Assembly: GCA_039679375.1 (NCBI GenBank)
Contig: JBDKVA010000076.1
Span: 2,139 to 66,138 of the forward strand
From: Clostridiaceae bacterium
GTDB taxonomy: Bacteria; Bacillota; Clostridia; Acetivibrionales; DTU013
Reading direction: 5' to 3'
Length of the DNA stretch: 64,000 nucleotides
A program made the position numbers and the translations under genes. Below, piece after piece: positions 17,939 through 26,527 of the stretch. The notes beneath the pieces were generated by a model that saw only the letters and a program-made list of their open reading frames with translations, was not told the DNA's origin and did not search any database. The first letter of the stretch is position 1; every line of letters starts with the position of its first letter.

Positions 17939-18202
17939 TCAGCCGCCGGAGGAATTATCCGCTGCATTTGTGCCTGCCTCCAGTGCTTCATCCAGAAGCA
18001 ATTCCAGGACAATCTCTTTTTTGATCAGAAGCCTTAAAAATCTTAAAATACTGTCATTGATTGCATTCAGGCTATCAATATCGCCGACAAGTGCAAGAAG
18101 CTTGGTGAGTTTATTGACCTCTACCTGTGTCAGGCTTGCAAGTCCTGCCTCCTGGTTTGCAATAGCCGTAATAAGAGCATTCACATTAGCTGGCAGTGAC
18201 AT
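17939..18202 (-). CDS. Small protein (88 aa) consisting of one copy of the ~65-aa helical domain
   Basis: GAAGGAGG lies 7 nt upstream of ATG (complement 18200-18202, 'MSLPANVNALITAIANQEAGLASLTQVEVNKLTKLL...'). The track ORF start at 18271 would overlap the upstream gene. Confidence 0.7.
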   Translation of the reverse strand: MSLPANVNALITAIANQEAGLASLTQVEVNKLTKLLALVGDIDSLNAINDSILRFLRLLIKKEIVLELLLDEALEAGTNAADNSSGG

Positions 18203-18264
18203 AATATTACCTCCTTCAATTTTGGATTCCAAATGCGACTGCAAATTGAAACGCAACTTGCAGA

Positions 18265-19212
18265 TCAACATTCGCTTCGGCCTTCGAGTGCTTCATCCAG
18301 CAGTAATTCGAGTGTGATTTCCTTTTTGATCAGGAGCTTCAGGAAAGCTTCTATACTATCATTTATTCTGTTCAGGCCTTGAATGTCATTTACAAGTGCG
18401 AGCAATTTTACAAGCTTATTGACCTCCAGCTGTGTCAGGCTTGCAAGCCCTGCTTCCTGGTTGGCTATTGCCTCGATCAGCTTATCAAAGGGGCATGGGC
18501 ATGTGATCTCCCAGGCGCGGATGCGGTTACCGGCAAAGGTAGCTTCATTGGTCCATAATGCGCATTTGGGAGCAAAGGTGACCGGATCATATTCGATATC
18601 TTCGGCATCATAATTTGTTGTAGGGAAGCGTACCAGTACGTTTCCATTCAAATCCGTCTGAACAATTTCCCTGTCGGAACCACTCAGCAGAACAAATGCA
18701 AGCCAAAGATTATTGCTATCGGATGCCAGGCCTGAGTTGGCGCCATTTTGTGCCGTACCACTTGGCGGTGTGCTGAATTTTCTTATAAACTGGCCGGTCT
18801 TTGTTGTGTTGTAAACCGTAAAACCGGCATCGGTACTGAAAAACAAGGTATCTGTTGTCTGATCTACGGTTACGCCGTCAATAAAGCCGGGGAATGGATC
18901 GGCAGGATCTACAAAGGATTGATAATTGAATGAGGAAAGTACGTTGCCGTTAAGGTCTATCTTGTGTATTTCGAAATTTCCGATATAATTGCCCGCCCAA
19001 AAGGCATTTTCCTTACTGTCGAACTGCAAGGCACCGTAGACAATGGTAGTGGGTATTGTCTGCAGGAATACGCCGGTTGTTGTAACCTTGTAAATCTCTG
19101 CCCTGTCCGAGACGGTAAGATAGAGATTTGTACCGTCAAAGGCAACAGCTCTCCCATTGCCCTGAGCTTCCTGCGGAGCGTTGAACTCGCGGAGAATATC
19201 TCCAACTGCCAT
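18265..19212 (-). CDS. Two-domain protein: beta-propeller-like N-terminal region plus a C-terminal copy of the ~65-aa helical domain
   Basis: 315 aa with GGAGG RBS. The N-terminal ~240 aa has repeated 'G..Y/F...D..G' strands ('FDGTNLYLTV', 'NAFWAGNY', 'DTLFFSTDAG', 'NNLWLAFV'). The C-terminus 'LIEAIANQEAGLASLTQLEVNKLVKLLALVNDIQGLNRINDSIEAFLKLLIKKEITLELLLDEALEG' is close to the 88-aa protein. Confidence 0.75.
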   Translation of the reverse strand: MAVGDILREFNAPQEAQGNGRAVAFDGTNLYLTVSDRAEIYKVTTTGVFLQTIPTTIVYGALQFDSKENAFWAGNYIGNFEIHKIDLNGNVLSSFNYQSFVDPADPFPGFIDGVTVDQTTDTLFFSTDAGFTVYNTTKTGQFIRKFSTPPSGTAQNGANSGLASDSNNLWLAFVLLSGSDREIVQTDLNGNVLVRFPTTNYDAEDIEYDPVTFAPKCALWTNEATFAGNRIRAWEITCPCPFDKLIEAIANQEAGLASLTQLEVNKLVKLLALVNDIQGLNRINDSIEAFLKLLIKKEITLELLLDEALEGRSEC

Positions 19213-19268
19213 ATTACGACCTCCTTATTCATAAAAGTGCAGATGGTGCGATCGTTCACCACCTATCC

Positions 19269-19299
19269 TATATTATGAATATCAAATAAATAAGGTTAC
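19269..19299 (-). promoter_or_regulatory. Putative sigma-K-type promoter
   Basis: Minus strand reads GTAAC, 17-nt spacer, CATAATATA. It shares the GTAACCT -35 context with the site at 17759-17789 and lies ~55 nt upstream of the 19212 start. Confidence 0.3.
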
Positions 19300-19317
19300 A
19301 TAATATGTTGCCATTTA

Positions 19318-20274
19318 TTATCTTTCATCAGAATAATTCATGTACCAGCCGACGAACCTTTCTATTCCCTCTTCCAGCTTCACCTTCGGGCTGTAGCCGA
19401 GCAGACCGGCAGCCTTGCCAATATCGGCGCAGGTAGCGGGCACGTCGCCCTGCTGCTCCGGCAGAAAGCAAATGTGCACTTCCTTTTTCAGTTTGTTTCC
19501 GAGAATTTCAACAAGGTTCATTATGTTAACTGTATTGGAATTTCCAAGGTTAAATATTTCAAACTCGCGGTCCAGATCCAATGCAGCAATGATGCCATCG
19601 ACAATATCGTCCACATAGGTATAGTCTCTGGAACTGCTCCCGTCGCCGTATATGAAGATATCGCGGCCTTCGGATATGGCTTTGGTAAATGTGCGTATCG
19701 CCATGTCGGGCCTCTGCCTTGGGCCATAGACTGTAAAGAACCTAAGGCATGAGGCTTTAATACCGTAAAGAAGGCTGTATGTCCTGCAGTACAGTTCGCC
19801 GCAATGCTTGGCAGCCGCATATGGCGAGGTCTGCGCCCCCGGCGCCGCATCCTCCCTGAAGGGCGGTCGGCATGTACCGTACACAGATGATGAGGAGGCA
19901 AATATAAATTTTTTTACATTATTCTTCTGGCATGCTTCCAGAAGAGAAACAGTGCCTTTTATGTCCACATCGACATAGTCGAGCGGCGTCAGGATGGACC
20001 TTCTGACGCCGGCGAGCGCTGCAAGATGGACGACGGCATCCGTCCCTGAGCTTTTCAAAAGGCCCCTGACCAGGCTTTCATCCAGTATGTCGTCTTCTAC
20101 AAGCCTGTAATGGGAGTGGCGCAATGCTTTTGCCACATTGCACCTCTTTATGGCGGGATCATAACTGTTGTTGAAATTGTCCAGGCATAATACCTCATGA
20201 CCCAGCAATAAAAGCCTCTCGCAAAGATGCGATCCAATGAAGCCTGCTCCTCCGGTAACAAGTATGCTGCTCAT
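19318..20274 (-). CDS. NAD-dependent nucleotide-sugar epimerase (UDP-glucuronate/UDP-glucose 4-epimerase-like; YtcB-like)
   Basis: 318 aa. Rossmann motif 'VTGGAGFIGSHL' and catalytic 'SPYAAAK' (YxxxK). It overlaps the upstream dehydrogenase gene by 4 nt. Confidence 0.85.
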   Translation of the reverse strand: MSSILVTGGAGFIGSHLCERLLLLGHEVLCLDNFNNSYDPAIKRCNVAKALRHSHYRLVEDDILDESLVRGLLKSSGTDAVVHLAALAGVRRSILTPLDYVDVDIKGTVSLLEACQKNNVKKFIFASSSSVYGTCRPPFREDAAPGAQTSPYAAAKHCGELYCRTYSLLYGIKASCLRFFTVYGPRQRPDMAIRTFTKAISEGRDIFIYGDGSSSRDYTYVDDIVDGIIAALDLDREFEIFNLGNSNTVNIMNLVEILGNKLKKEVHICFLPEQQGDVPATCADIGKAAGLLGYSPKVKLEEGIERFVGWYMNYSDER

Positions 20275-21599
20275 TTCCTGCCCACTCCTTCATATTGGAA
20301 TCCAAAGCCTTTTACGGTATCCGGATCATAGACGTTCCGCAAATCCATGAATATGGGCTTTGCTACAATAGATTTCAATTTTTTGAGGTCCAGATGGCAA
20401 AACTCCTTCCACTCGGTGACAAGTACGATGCAATCGCTGTGGGCGCAGGCTGAATAAACATCCCTGCAATATTTTAAATCCCAATCGGGATATTCCTTTT
20501 TCATGTTTTGCATAGCCTGTGGGTCATAAACCTTTAAAACTGCTTTTTTTTCCAGCAGCGAGGAGATGATCGCCAGGGAAGGCGATTCACGGATATCGTC
20601 CGTTTCAGGTTTGAAAGAAAGCCCTAATATGGCGATTTTCCTGCCTTCCAGCCCGCCAAGTGCACGCTCTATTTTTTCTACCATATGTTCTCTCTGATGG
20701 CTGTTCACATTCAGGATGCTGTATAACAGTTCGGGTGTATAACCGTGTTCCCTGCTTATTCCTGCCAATGCCCTGACATCCTTGGGGAAACAGCTGCCTC
20801 CAAATCCGGGACCCGGACTTAAGAATTTTGATCCGATCCTGCTGTCCAGCCCCATCCCTTTTACGACCTGCAGAATATCCGCGCCGCATAGCTCGCATAT
20901 ATTGGCTATTTCATTGATAAAACTGATTTTTGACGCCAGAAATGCATTGGAGGCATACTTGATCATTTCTGCCGTTTCGATGCTTGTTACAAGCACGGGA
21001 ATGTTGTACAGGATCTGGTCTTCATATATTTTTTTGACTGCTTCGGCAGCGCTTTCATTCTCCGCACCGATGACGATCCTTTCCGGATTGATGAAGTCAT
21101 AGACTGCCGAGCCCTCCTTGAGAAATTCGGGATTGGAGACTACATCGAATCCGAGCTGTTTGTTTTGCTCCTTCAGTGCCTGTGCTATTTCCTTTTTTAC
21201 CCTCTGGCCGGTACCGACCGGGACGGTGCTTTTATCCACGATTATTTTATAACCGTTCATGTGCCTTGCGATTTCCCGGGCGACTTCAAAAACGTGGGTC
21301 AAATCACATGTATCGTCAGACCGTGTTGGCGTATTGACTGTAATAAATATGATATCCGCATGATTGACGGCTTTCCCCATATCTGTTGTAAATTCGAGCC
21401 TTTTTACGATTCTGATGCAATTATTCACAAGGCTTTCAAGGCAGGGCTCAAAAATCGTCAATATACCCTTTTTCAAATTTTCGATTTTATCCTCATCAGC
21501 ATCACAGCATACCACATTCATTCCCATGGATGCCAGGCATGCACCTGTAACCAGTCCGACATAGCCCGTGCCAATGATTGAAATATTCATTACCTTCAC
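20271..21599 (-). CDS. ugd: UDP-glucose 6-dehydrogenase
   Basis: 442 aa. 'IIGTGYVGLVTGACLA' and 'GFGGSCFPKD' (catalytic Cys) are typical of the UDP-glucose/GDP-mannose dehydrogenase family. 4-nt overlaps on both sides. Confidence 0.9.
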   Translation of the reverse strand: MKVMNISIIGTGYVGLVTGACLASMGMNVVCCDADEDKIENLKKGILTIFEPCLESLVNNCIRIVKRLEFTTDMGKAVNHADIIFITVNTPTRSDDTCDLTHVFEVAREIARHMNGYKIIVDKSTVPVGTGQRVKKEIAQALKEQNKQLGFDVVSNPEFLKEGSAVYDFINPERIVIGAENESAAEAVKKIYEDQILYNIPVLVTSIETAEMIKYASNAFLASKISFINEIANICELCGADILQVVKGMGLDSRIGSKFLSPGPGFGGSCFPKDVRALAGISREHGYTPELLYSILNVNSHQREHMVEKIERALGGLEGRKIAILGLSFKPETDDIRESPSLAIISSLLEKKAVLKVYDPQAMQNMKKEYPDWDLKYCRDVYSACAHSDCIVLVTEWKEFCHLDLKKLKSIVAKPIFMDLRNVYDPDTVKGFGFQYEGVGRK

Positions 21600-22759
21600 C
21601 CCTCTATGCTTTGTATTGCCTCTGCGGCAACCCTTTTCCAGTTGTATTTTTCTTCAGCAAGCTTTCTTCCCTTCATACCCATTTCAAGTGCTTTGTCCGG
21701 ATTGTCCAACAGGTAGGAAATATGCCCGGCTATTACATCCGGATTTCTATAATCGCCAATTACAATGCCGTTTCCATAGCCGTCTACAACTTCACGGTTT
21801 CCGCCCCGGTCTGTTGTGATGATCGGAAGCCCTGCAGCCATAGCCTCATAGTGGACTCTGGCCAGCGGCTCATTCCATTGGGAGGCGCAAATAAAAACAT
21901 CGCCCATGCAAAAATACCTAGGAATTTTTGAAGGAGGGACAAAGCCGGTGAACAGGATAGGACCGGTGAGAGCTTTGGAAAGCTCATGGAGGGATGCGGT
22001 ATACTCATCCGATTCATTTCTGCCGTACCACTTGCTTCCTACGATCACCAGCGCAACCTTCTTATGGCGGTCCATGACCTTTTTCATTGCTTTAAGAAGC
22101 ACATGCACTCCCTTTTTTACACTTAATCTGCCGACAAAAAGGACAACTTTGCAGTCCTCAAGGCCGAACTTCTTTTTCATATCCAGCTTGATTTGCATAC
22201 CTTCCCGGGTCCATGGCGGCGCGTATTTTTGAGTGTCTACCCCGGAGTAAACAACATGCAGTTTCTGTGCGGCATTGGGCAGGCGCTGTTTAACGGTATT
22301 GGCGATATATTGGCTTACTGTATTGATGAATTCAGCTTTCTCAACGCATAAGGCCGCAGCACCGTCCGATATTTTCTTGGTGTCGAGCATTTCATTATGG
22401 AGGCTCAGGCTGAATTTTGAATCCGGAAGGTGTTCGGCAAACGAAAGCAGAAAACGGGGCCGGTTGAATACATGGATCAGGTCATATGAAGAATCCAGCC
22501 TGTCCTTAACGCTATTTATATAAATGGTATCGGTTTTACCGGGCACCCGGATATAATGAACATTTCCTTTTTCCTCTTCATCCGGCAAATCGGGATGTTG
22601 TACGCTAAAAACAGTGATATCATGCTGCTTTGATAAAAATGGAACGATGCCGTCGATATATAATTGAACTGCGCCTCCTGCTATAGGCGGCACAGGTAGT
22701 TTCTCGGTACAGATGAGGGCGATCTTCAAGCTGTTCACTCCTTTTCGTCGTTGATCCAT
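21596..22759 (-). CDS. GT4-family glycosyltransferase, CotSA-like
   Basis: 387 aa with 'LKIALICTEKLPVPPIAGGAVQLYIDGIVPFL' and 'EPLARVHYEAMAAGLPIITTDRGGNREVV'. It is a paralogue of 15908-17056 and lies directly downstream of the CotS-like genes. Confidence 0.85.
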   Translation of the reverse strand: MDQRRKGVNSLKIALICTEKLPVPPIAGGAVQLYIDGIVPFLSKQHDITVFSVQHPDLPDEEEKGNVHYIRVPGKTDTIYINSVKDRLDSSYDLIHVFNRPRFLLSFAEHLPDSKFSLSLHNEMLDTKKISDGAAALCVEKAEFINTVSQYIANTVKQRLPNAAQKLHVVYSGVDTQKYAPPWTREGMQIKLDMKKKFGLEDCKVVLFVGRLSVKKGVHVLLKAMKKVMDRHKKVALVIVGSKWYGRNESDEYTASLHELSKALTGPILFTGFVPPSKIPRYFCMGDVFICASQWNEPLARVHYEAMAAGLPIITTDRGGNREVVDGYGNGIVIGDYRNPDVIAGHISYLLDNPDKALEMGMKGRKLAEEKYNWKRVAAEAIQSIEG

Positions 22760-23769
22760 CAGCGGCCTTGCTGGTCTATCAGCGCCCTTATGAGGGGCGC
22801 CTTGGCCTCTTCAAGCCGTGCAATCTTTTCGATTGCGGAAGCCTTTACAGGCTTATCATTTTTAAACTGGTTTTTCACCAAACCGAAAAACCAGTGCGGG
22901 AATAAAAGGTCTGCGTACAGGACCTCAATTTCAGCCTCATTCATGGGATTTATTTCCGCATACCAGCCAAGTATCTGTCTGATGGCGCCAGCTTGCCATT
23001 GTCCTGCATTTTCAGCATTTTTACCGATGATTTTCCTCAAATCGCGGGCAGGCAGATCAAAAGTCACTCCGTCCAGATCAAGCACATATACTCCGTCAGG
23101 GGCTGCAAGTACATTGCCCCGTCCAAAATCCTGATGACACAGCACAATAGACCTGGAACCTGCTTCGGTAAGAGTGCTGTAAGCTGATTTGCCGATGCGC
23201 TCCAAGGCCTGGTCAGCTATGGCGGCCATTGAATCCGCATAGGTGGAATATGCTTTGTAATGTGGTTGTGAACTGTTACTGTCTGCGATTTTCTTCCATG
23301 CGAGCAGTTTGTTTTTCATAGATTCATACTGTTCCGGCCATTTCCCAAGCTTTGAAGAAATCCTCGACTGCTCTGCCGGACTGTAGCCTTTTGAAGCAAT
23401 ATGAAAGTGCGCCAGGCCTTGCAAAGCTTTATGCAGATCGGCAGGAACGCTGAAGTCAAGATCATTTCCGTCGATCCATTCATAGAGGACGAAAAGCTGT
23501 TCATTTTGCTGAACGATAGGCTCTTTGGATTTATTTAAAATAACTCCGGGAACTTTGCCGCCGGAGTTCTTTATATGGATCTGGGCATGGACTGAAAATA
23601 AAGCTTTGTCAAGTGTTTGTTTCAGGCGCTTCAGACAGAGCAGCCTGCCTCGCGAGCTTAGCTTCCATACCGTTTTCACTGTTCCGCCCTGCACCAGTGA
23701 CAAATTTTCCGGCACGATGCCATATTCCTTTAAGACGCTAAGCGCAATGTTTTGGGTATCGTCCAACAT
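22759..23769 (-). CDS. CotS-family spore coat protein (kinase-like, aminoglycoside-phosphotransferase fold)
   Basis: 336 aa. 'CHQDFGRGNVL' (Brenner-type catalytic loop) and 'VLDLDGVTFDLPARDLRKII' are typical of CotS/CotI/YtaA. Confidence 0.8.
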   Translation of the reverse strand: MLDDTQNIALSVLKEYGIVPENLSLVQGGTVKTVWKLSSRGRLLCLKRLKQTLDKALFSVHAQIHIKNSGGKVPGVILNKSKEPIVQQNEQLFVLYEWIDGNDLDFSVPADLHKALQGLAHFHIASKGYSPAEQSRISSKLGKWPEQYESMKNKLLAWKKIADSNSSQPHYKAYSTYADSMAAIADQALERIGKSAYSTLTEAGSRSIVLCHQDFGRGNVLAAPDGVYVLDLDGVTFDLPARDLRKIIGKNAENAGQWQAGAIRQILGWYAEINPMNEAEIEVLYADLLFPHWFFGLVKNQFKNDKPVKASAIEKIARLEEAKAPLIRALIDQQGR

Positions 23770-23787
23770 ACTCAGTCCTTTCTGCTT

Positions 23788-24837
23788 TTAAATTGGAATG
23801 ACGGAGTTGAAATTCTTTAATACAGGCTCGATCGTTTTTTCAAAAGACGACATTTCAACAATCCGCTGAAGATATTTGTCAGCCGACCATTCCTTATCAC
23901 GCTTATAGTAGAATTTATTGACAGCTCCCAGGAAAAGGTGGGGGAACATCAGGTCCAGCATGACGACCTTCCACTGAGGACGTGTGAGCGGATTATTCTT
24001 CTGATAAATCTTAAGGATCTTTTTAGTCAGCTCCATATCCCATTTGCCGGCCTTTTTCATAATCTTGTTCAGAAGCTTTCGGATATCTCTGGCTGGTATA
24101 TCTACTGTCAGGGAATCCGTATCTAGGACATATATGGTATCCGAGGGAGTCAAAATAAGGTTGCCTGCCGCAAAATCCTGATGACACAGGCATCCTTTTC
24201 CCTGACTTTCCCTGACCCAATCCGGGTATTCTGTTCCCTTTAAGCCTTCAATCGCCCTTGTGGCGCGTTCGTAAAAGTATGGGAACTCCTTGATGACGGC
24301 TGCATTCACTAAATCATGTTCACTTTTTGAAAGCTCATTTTTATAAAATGAATTCACGTCCTCCAATTGATCCGTATAATCCTCGACCCATAAACCAAGG
24401 TGATACTTTGGCTTGGTCCCTGCCTGAGGCTGAAAGCCGGAGGATGCCTTGTGGAATTTCGCCAGTTCACCTACAAGCAAAGTCAGTTCGCTTGAGGAAG
24501 AATAAGAAGGGTTCCTGCCCTCTATGGCATCTGTGAGTACATAGCAAATACCGTTAATCATGGCATAATCTTTGCCGTTACTGGTTTGTTGCACTTTCGG
24601 AAGGCGGATGCCATTATTTGTAAGGTGGCGGACCGCATCAAGTATAAAGCGGAGGGTTTCTTCCGAATTGGATATTTTTTTAAGTATTTTCATCCCCTTA
24701 TCGGTCTGAATCCACCATACTCCCTTTTTATCTTTATAGGATTCATTTTTGGTATCCAGCACTTTTATGGGGTAATTACCCAATACGGCATTCAACGGTT
24801 CATCTGCAGCGGACGACATGCCTGTCACCTCTTTCAT
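23788..24837 (-). CDS. CotS-family spore coat protein (kinase-like); likely true start at ATG complement 24817-24819
   Basis: 349-aa ORF with 'CHQDFAAGNLIL' and 'VLDTDSLTVDIPARDIRKLL'. AGAGGTG lies 5 nt before the second ATG ('MSSAADEP'); the first ATG has no RBS. Confidence 0.8.
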   Translation of the reverse strand: MKEVTGMSSAADEPLNAVLGNYPIKVLDTKNESYKDKKGVWWIQTDKGMKILKKISNSEETLRFILDAVRHLTNNGIRLPKVQQTSNGKDYAMINGICYVLTDAIEGRNPSYSSSSELTLLVGELAKFHKASSGFQPQAGTKPKYHLGLWVEDYTDQLEDVNSFYKNELSKSEHDLVNAAVIKEFPYFYERATRAIEGLKGTEYPDWVRESQGKGCLCHQDFAAGNLILTPSDTIYVLDTDSLTVDIPARDIRKLLNKIMKKAGKWDMELTKKILKIYQKNNPLTRPQWKVVMLDLMFPHLFLGAVNKFYYKRDKEWSADKYLQRIVEMSSFEKTIEPVLKNFNSVIPI

Positions 24838-24920
24838 GCGGAGATATTAAGTCGGGGAAACAGTACCAGGGGGATGGACTCCCCCTTTGGTAACTGCAGT
24901 GCTTCGGGGAAGCAAGCGGA

Positions 24921-25154
24921 TCATTCCTCCAGCTCTACTTCAACATCTTCATTTTTCCATGCGACTTTGATGGTAAATGATCCACTCTGTTCGTCTTCAT
25001 CAAACTTGACTTTATAGTCAAGATCTTTATCTGTCGGCAATGTAACGGTCTTACCCTCGATTGCCAGTCTGCCTGCAAATAAATCGGGGACAGTCTTTTT
25101 TACGTAATCTCCGAAATCTGCTTTGGAACCGACATATGTGTCCTGATACTTCAT
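24921..25154 (-). CDS. Amphi-Trp domain protein (small acidic protein)
   Basis: 77 aa. The layout 'LAIEGKTVTLPTDKDLDYKVKFDEDEQSGSFTIKVAWKNEDVEVELEE' fits the amphi-Trp family as I recall it. GGAG RBS. Confidence 0.55.
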   Translation of the reverse strand: MKYQDTYVGSKADFGDYVKKTVPDLFAGRLAIEGKTVTLPTDKDLDYKVKFDEDEQSGSFTIKVAWKNEDVEVELEE

Positions 25155-25300
25155 GAATCTACACTCCTTATATATAATTGATCCTTTTACATAATATTTA
25201 TTTCATGAATTATGTGTTACAGTAATATGCTGAAATATATACATTGAAAAAAAAAGTTCCTGTGGAGCGTGTAAAATGTCGGGGCCGGCAAATGGAAGAA

Positions 25301-25329
25301 TTGAAATTTACAGGAAGGCCGGATATAAT
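25301..25329 (+). promoter_or_regulatory. Putative sigma-A promoter of the lipoate ligase gene
   Basis: TTGAAA, 17-nt spacer, TATAAT. Its position argues against the track ORF start at 25336 and for the ATG at 25399. Confidence 0.45.
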
Positions 25330-25398
25330 TAGAGCATGCTGAAGATGCAAAAGGTTGGAAGTCCGGTATTAAATCAAACCGGATACAGGAGGATGGAG

Positions 25399-26472
25399 AT
25401 GGAACGTAATATACGGATCATACGAACACATACACATGACCCATGGCGGAATCTGGCCGTTGAAGAGTATATGCTCGACCGTGTGGAGAGAGGCCAATGC
25501 ATTTTATACCTCTGGCAAAACGAAAATACCATAGTAATAGGAAGAAATCAGAATCCATGGAAGGAATGCAAGACAGAACTCTTTGAAAACGAAGGCGGCA
25601 AGCTTGCAAGACGGCTTTCGGGCGGCGGAGCGGTCTATCATGACCTTGGCAACCTGAACTTCACTTTTATTGCCAGCCGTGAGCGATACGACCTTGAAAA
25701 GCAGTTGAGCGTCATACTTGGCGCCGTCAACAGCCTTGGCATAAAAGCTGAGATGAGCGGGAGAAACGATCTGACTGCAGACGGCCGGAAATTCTCCGGC
25801 AATGCGTTCTGTTTCCGGAAAAACGGAGCTTACCACCACGGGACAGTGCTGGTTTCGGCCGACTTTGGAAAGCTCTCGAAATATCTGCAGGTATCGGAAG
25901 AAAAGATGCGTTCAAAGGGAGTACAGTCCGTTCGGTCGAGGGTGGTCAACCTGAAGGAATTGCTGCCGTCGCTTACGATCGATAAAGTGGCTCAGGCGCT
26001 GATTGAATCTTTTATGTCGGTCTATGGCGGTACGGCGCGTGTCGAAGATGCGTTCAATGACGGGCAGGCAGGAAAGCCGGCATTAGAGGAGCTTTACAGC
26101 AAGTACGCTTCCTGGGACTGGAGATATGGAGAAGCGCCGAAGTTTGACGTGGATATGGAGACGAGATTCCCGTGGGGCGGCGTTGAAATAGGCTTTAAGC
26201 TGGAAAATGGGCAGGTCAGGGAGGCCTCCGTCTACTCGGATGCGATGGATGAAGCGTATATTGCTGCGCTGCCCGGTATTTTCAAGGGCTGTATCTTCAG
26301 CTCAAAGCAACTGGCTGAGCGGCTCCGGCTTGCGGTAGCGCCGGATAACGCCGAAGCAGCCCGGATGCCGGACTTTGCGGGCACTGCCGGAGCAATGATG
26401 CAGGACATGGCGGGGATCACAAGGACAATGACGCTTGATCTGGCGGAATGGCTTGAGGGCAAGGGATTCTAA
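25399..26472 (+). CDS. lplA: Lipoate--protein ligase
   Basis: 'NPWRNLAVEEYML', 'LYLWQNENTIVIGRNQN', 'RRLSGGGAVYHDLGNLNF' and 'GRKFSGNA' are typical LplA/LplJ motifs. GGAGG lies 6 nt before ATG 25399. The ORF track begins at 25336. Confidence 0.9.
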   Translation: MERNIRIIRTHTHDPWRNLAVEEYMLDRVERGQCILYLWQNENTIVIGRNQNPWKECKTELFENEGGKLARRLSGGGAVYHDLGNLNFTFIASRERYDLEKQLSVILGAVNSLGIKAEMSGRNDLTADGRKFSGNAFCFRKNGAYHHGTVLVSADFGKLSKYLQVSEEKMRSKGVQSVRSRVVNLKELLPSLTIDKVAQALIESFMSVYGGTARVEDAFNDGQAGKPALEELYSKYASWDWRYGEAPKFDVDMETRFPWGGVEIGFKLENGQVREASVYSDAMDEAYIAALPGIFKGCIFSSKQLAERLRLAVAPDNAEAARMPDFAGTAGAMMQDMAGITRTMTLDLAEWLEGKGF

Positions 26473-26527
26473 GATTAATAATGATATATGATCTTATACA
26501 TAGTTTTTCAAGAGGTGTCAGTTTTAT

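Noticed and set aside
17822-18037. Two overlapping plus-strand ORFs (71 and 66 aa) covering repeat copy A.
   Set aside because: They use alternative start codons without an RBS. They overlap the hairpin, the repeat and the 3' end of a well-supported minus-strand gene. The conserved features of the repeat are base-pairing, not codons.
15908-22759. Inverted paralogous GT4 genes as the arms of an invertible DNA segment.
   Set aside because: DNA similarity between the two genes is only moderate (patchy, roughly three quarters identity over the best N-terminal stretch). No recombinase gene is nearby. Simple paralogy explains it.
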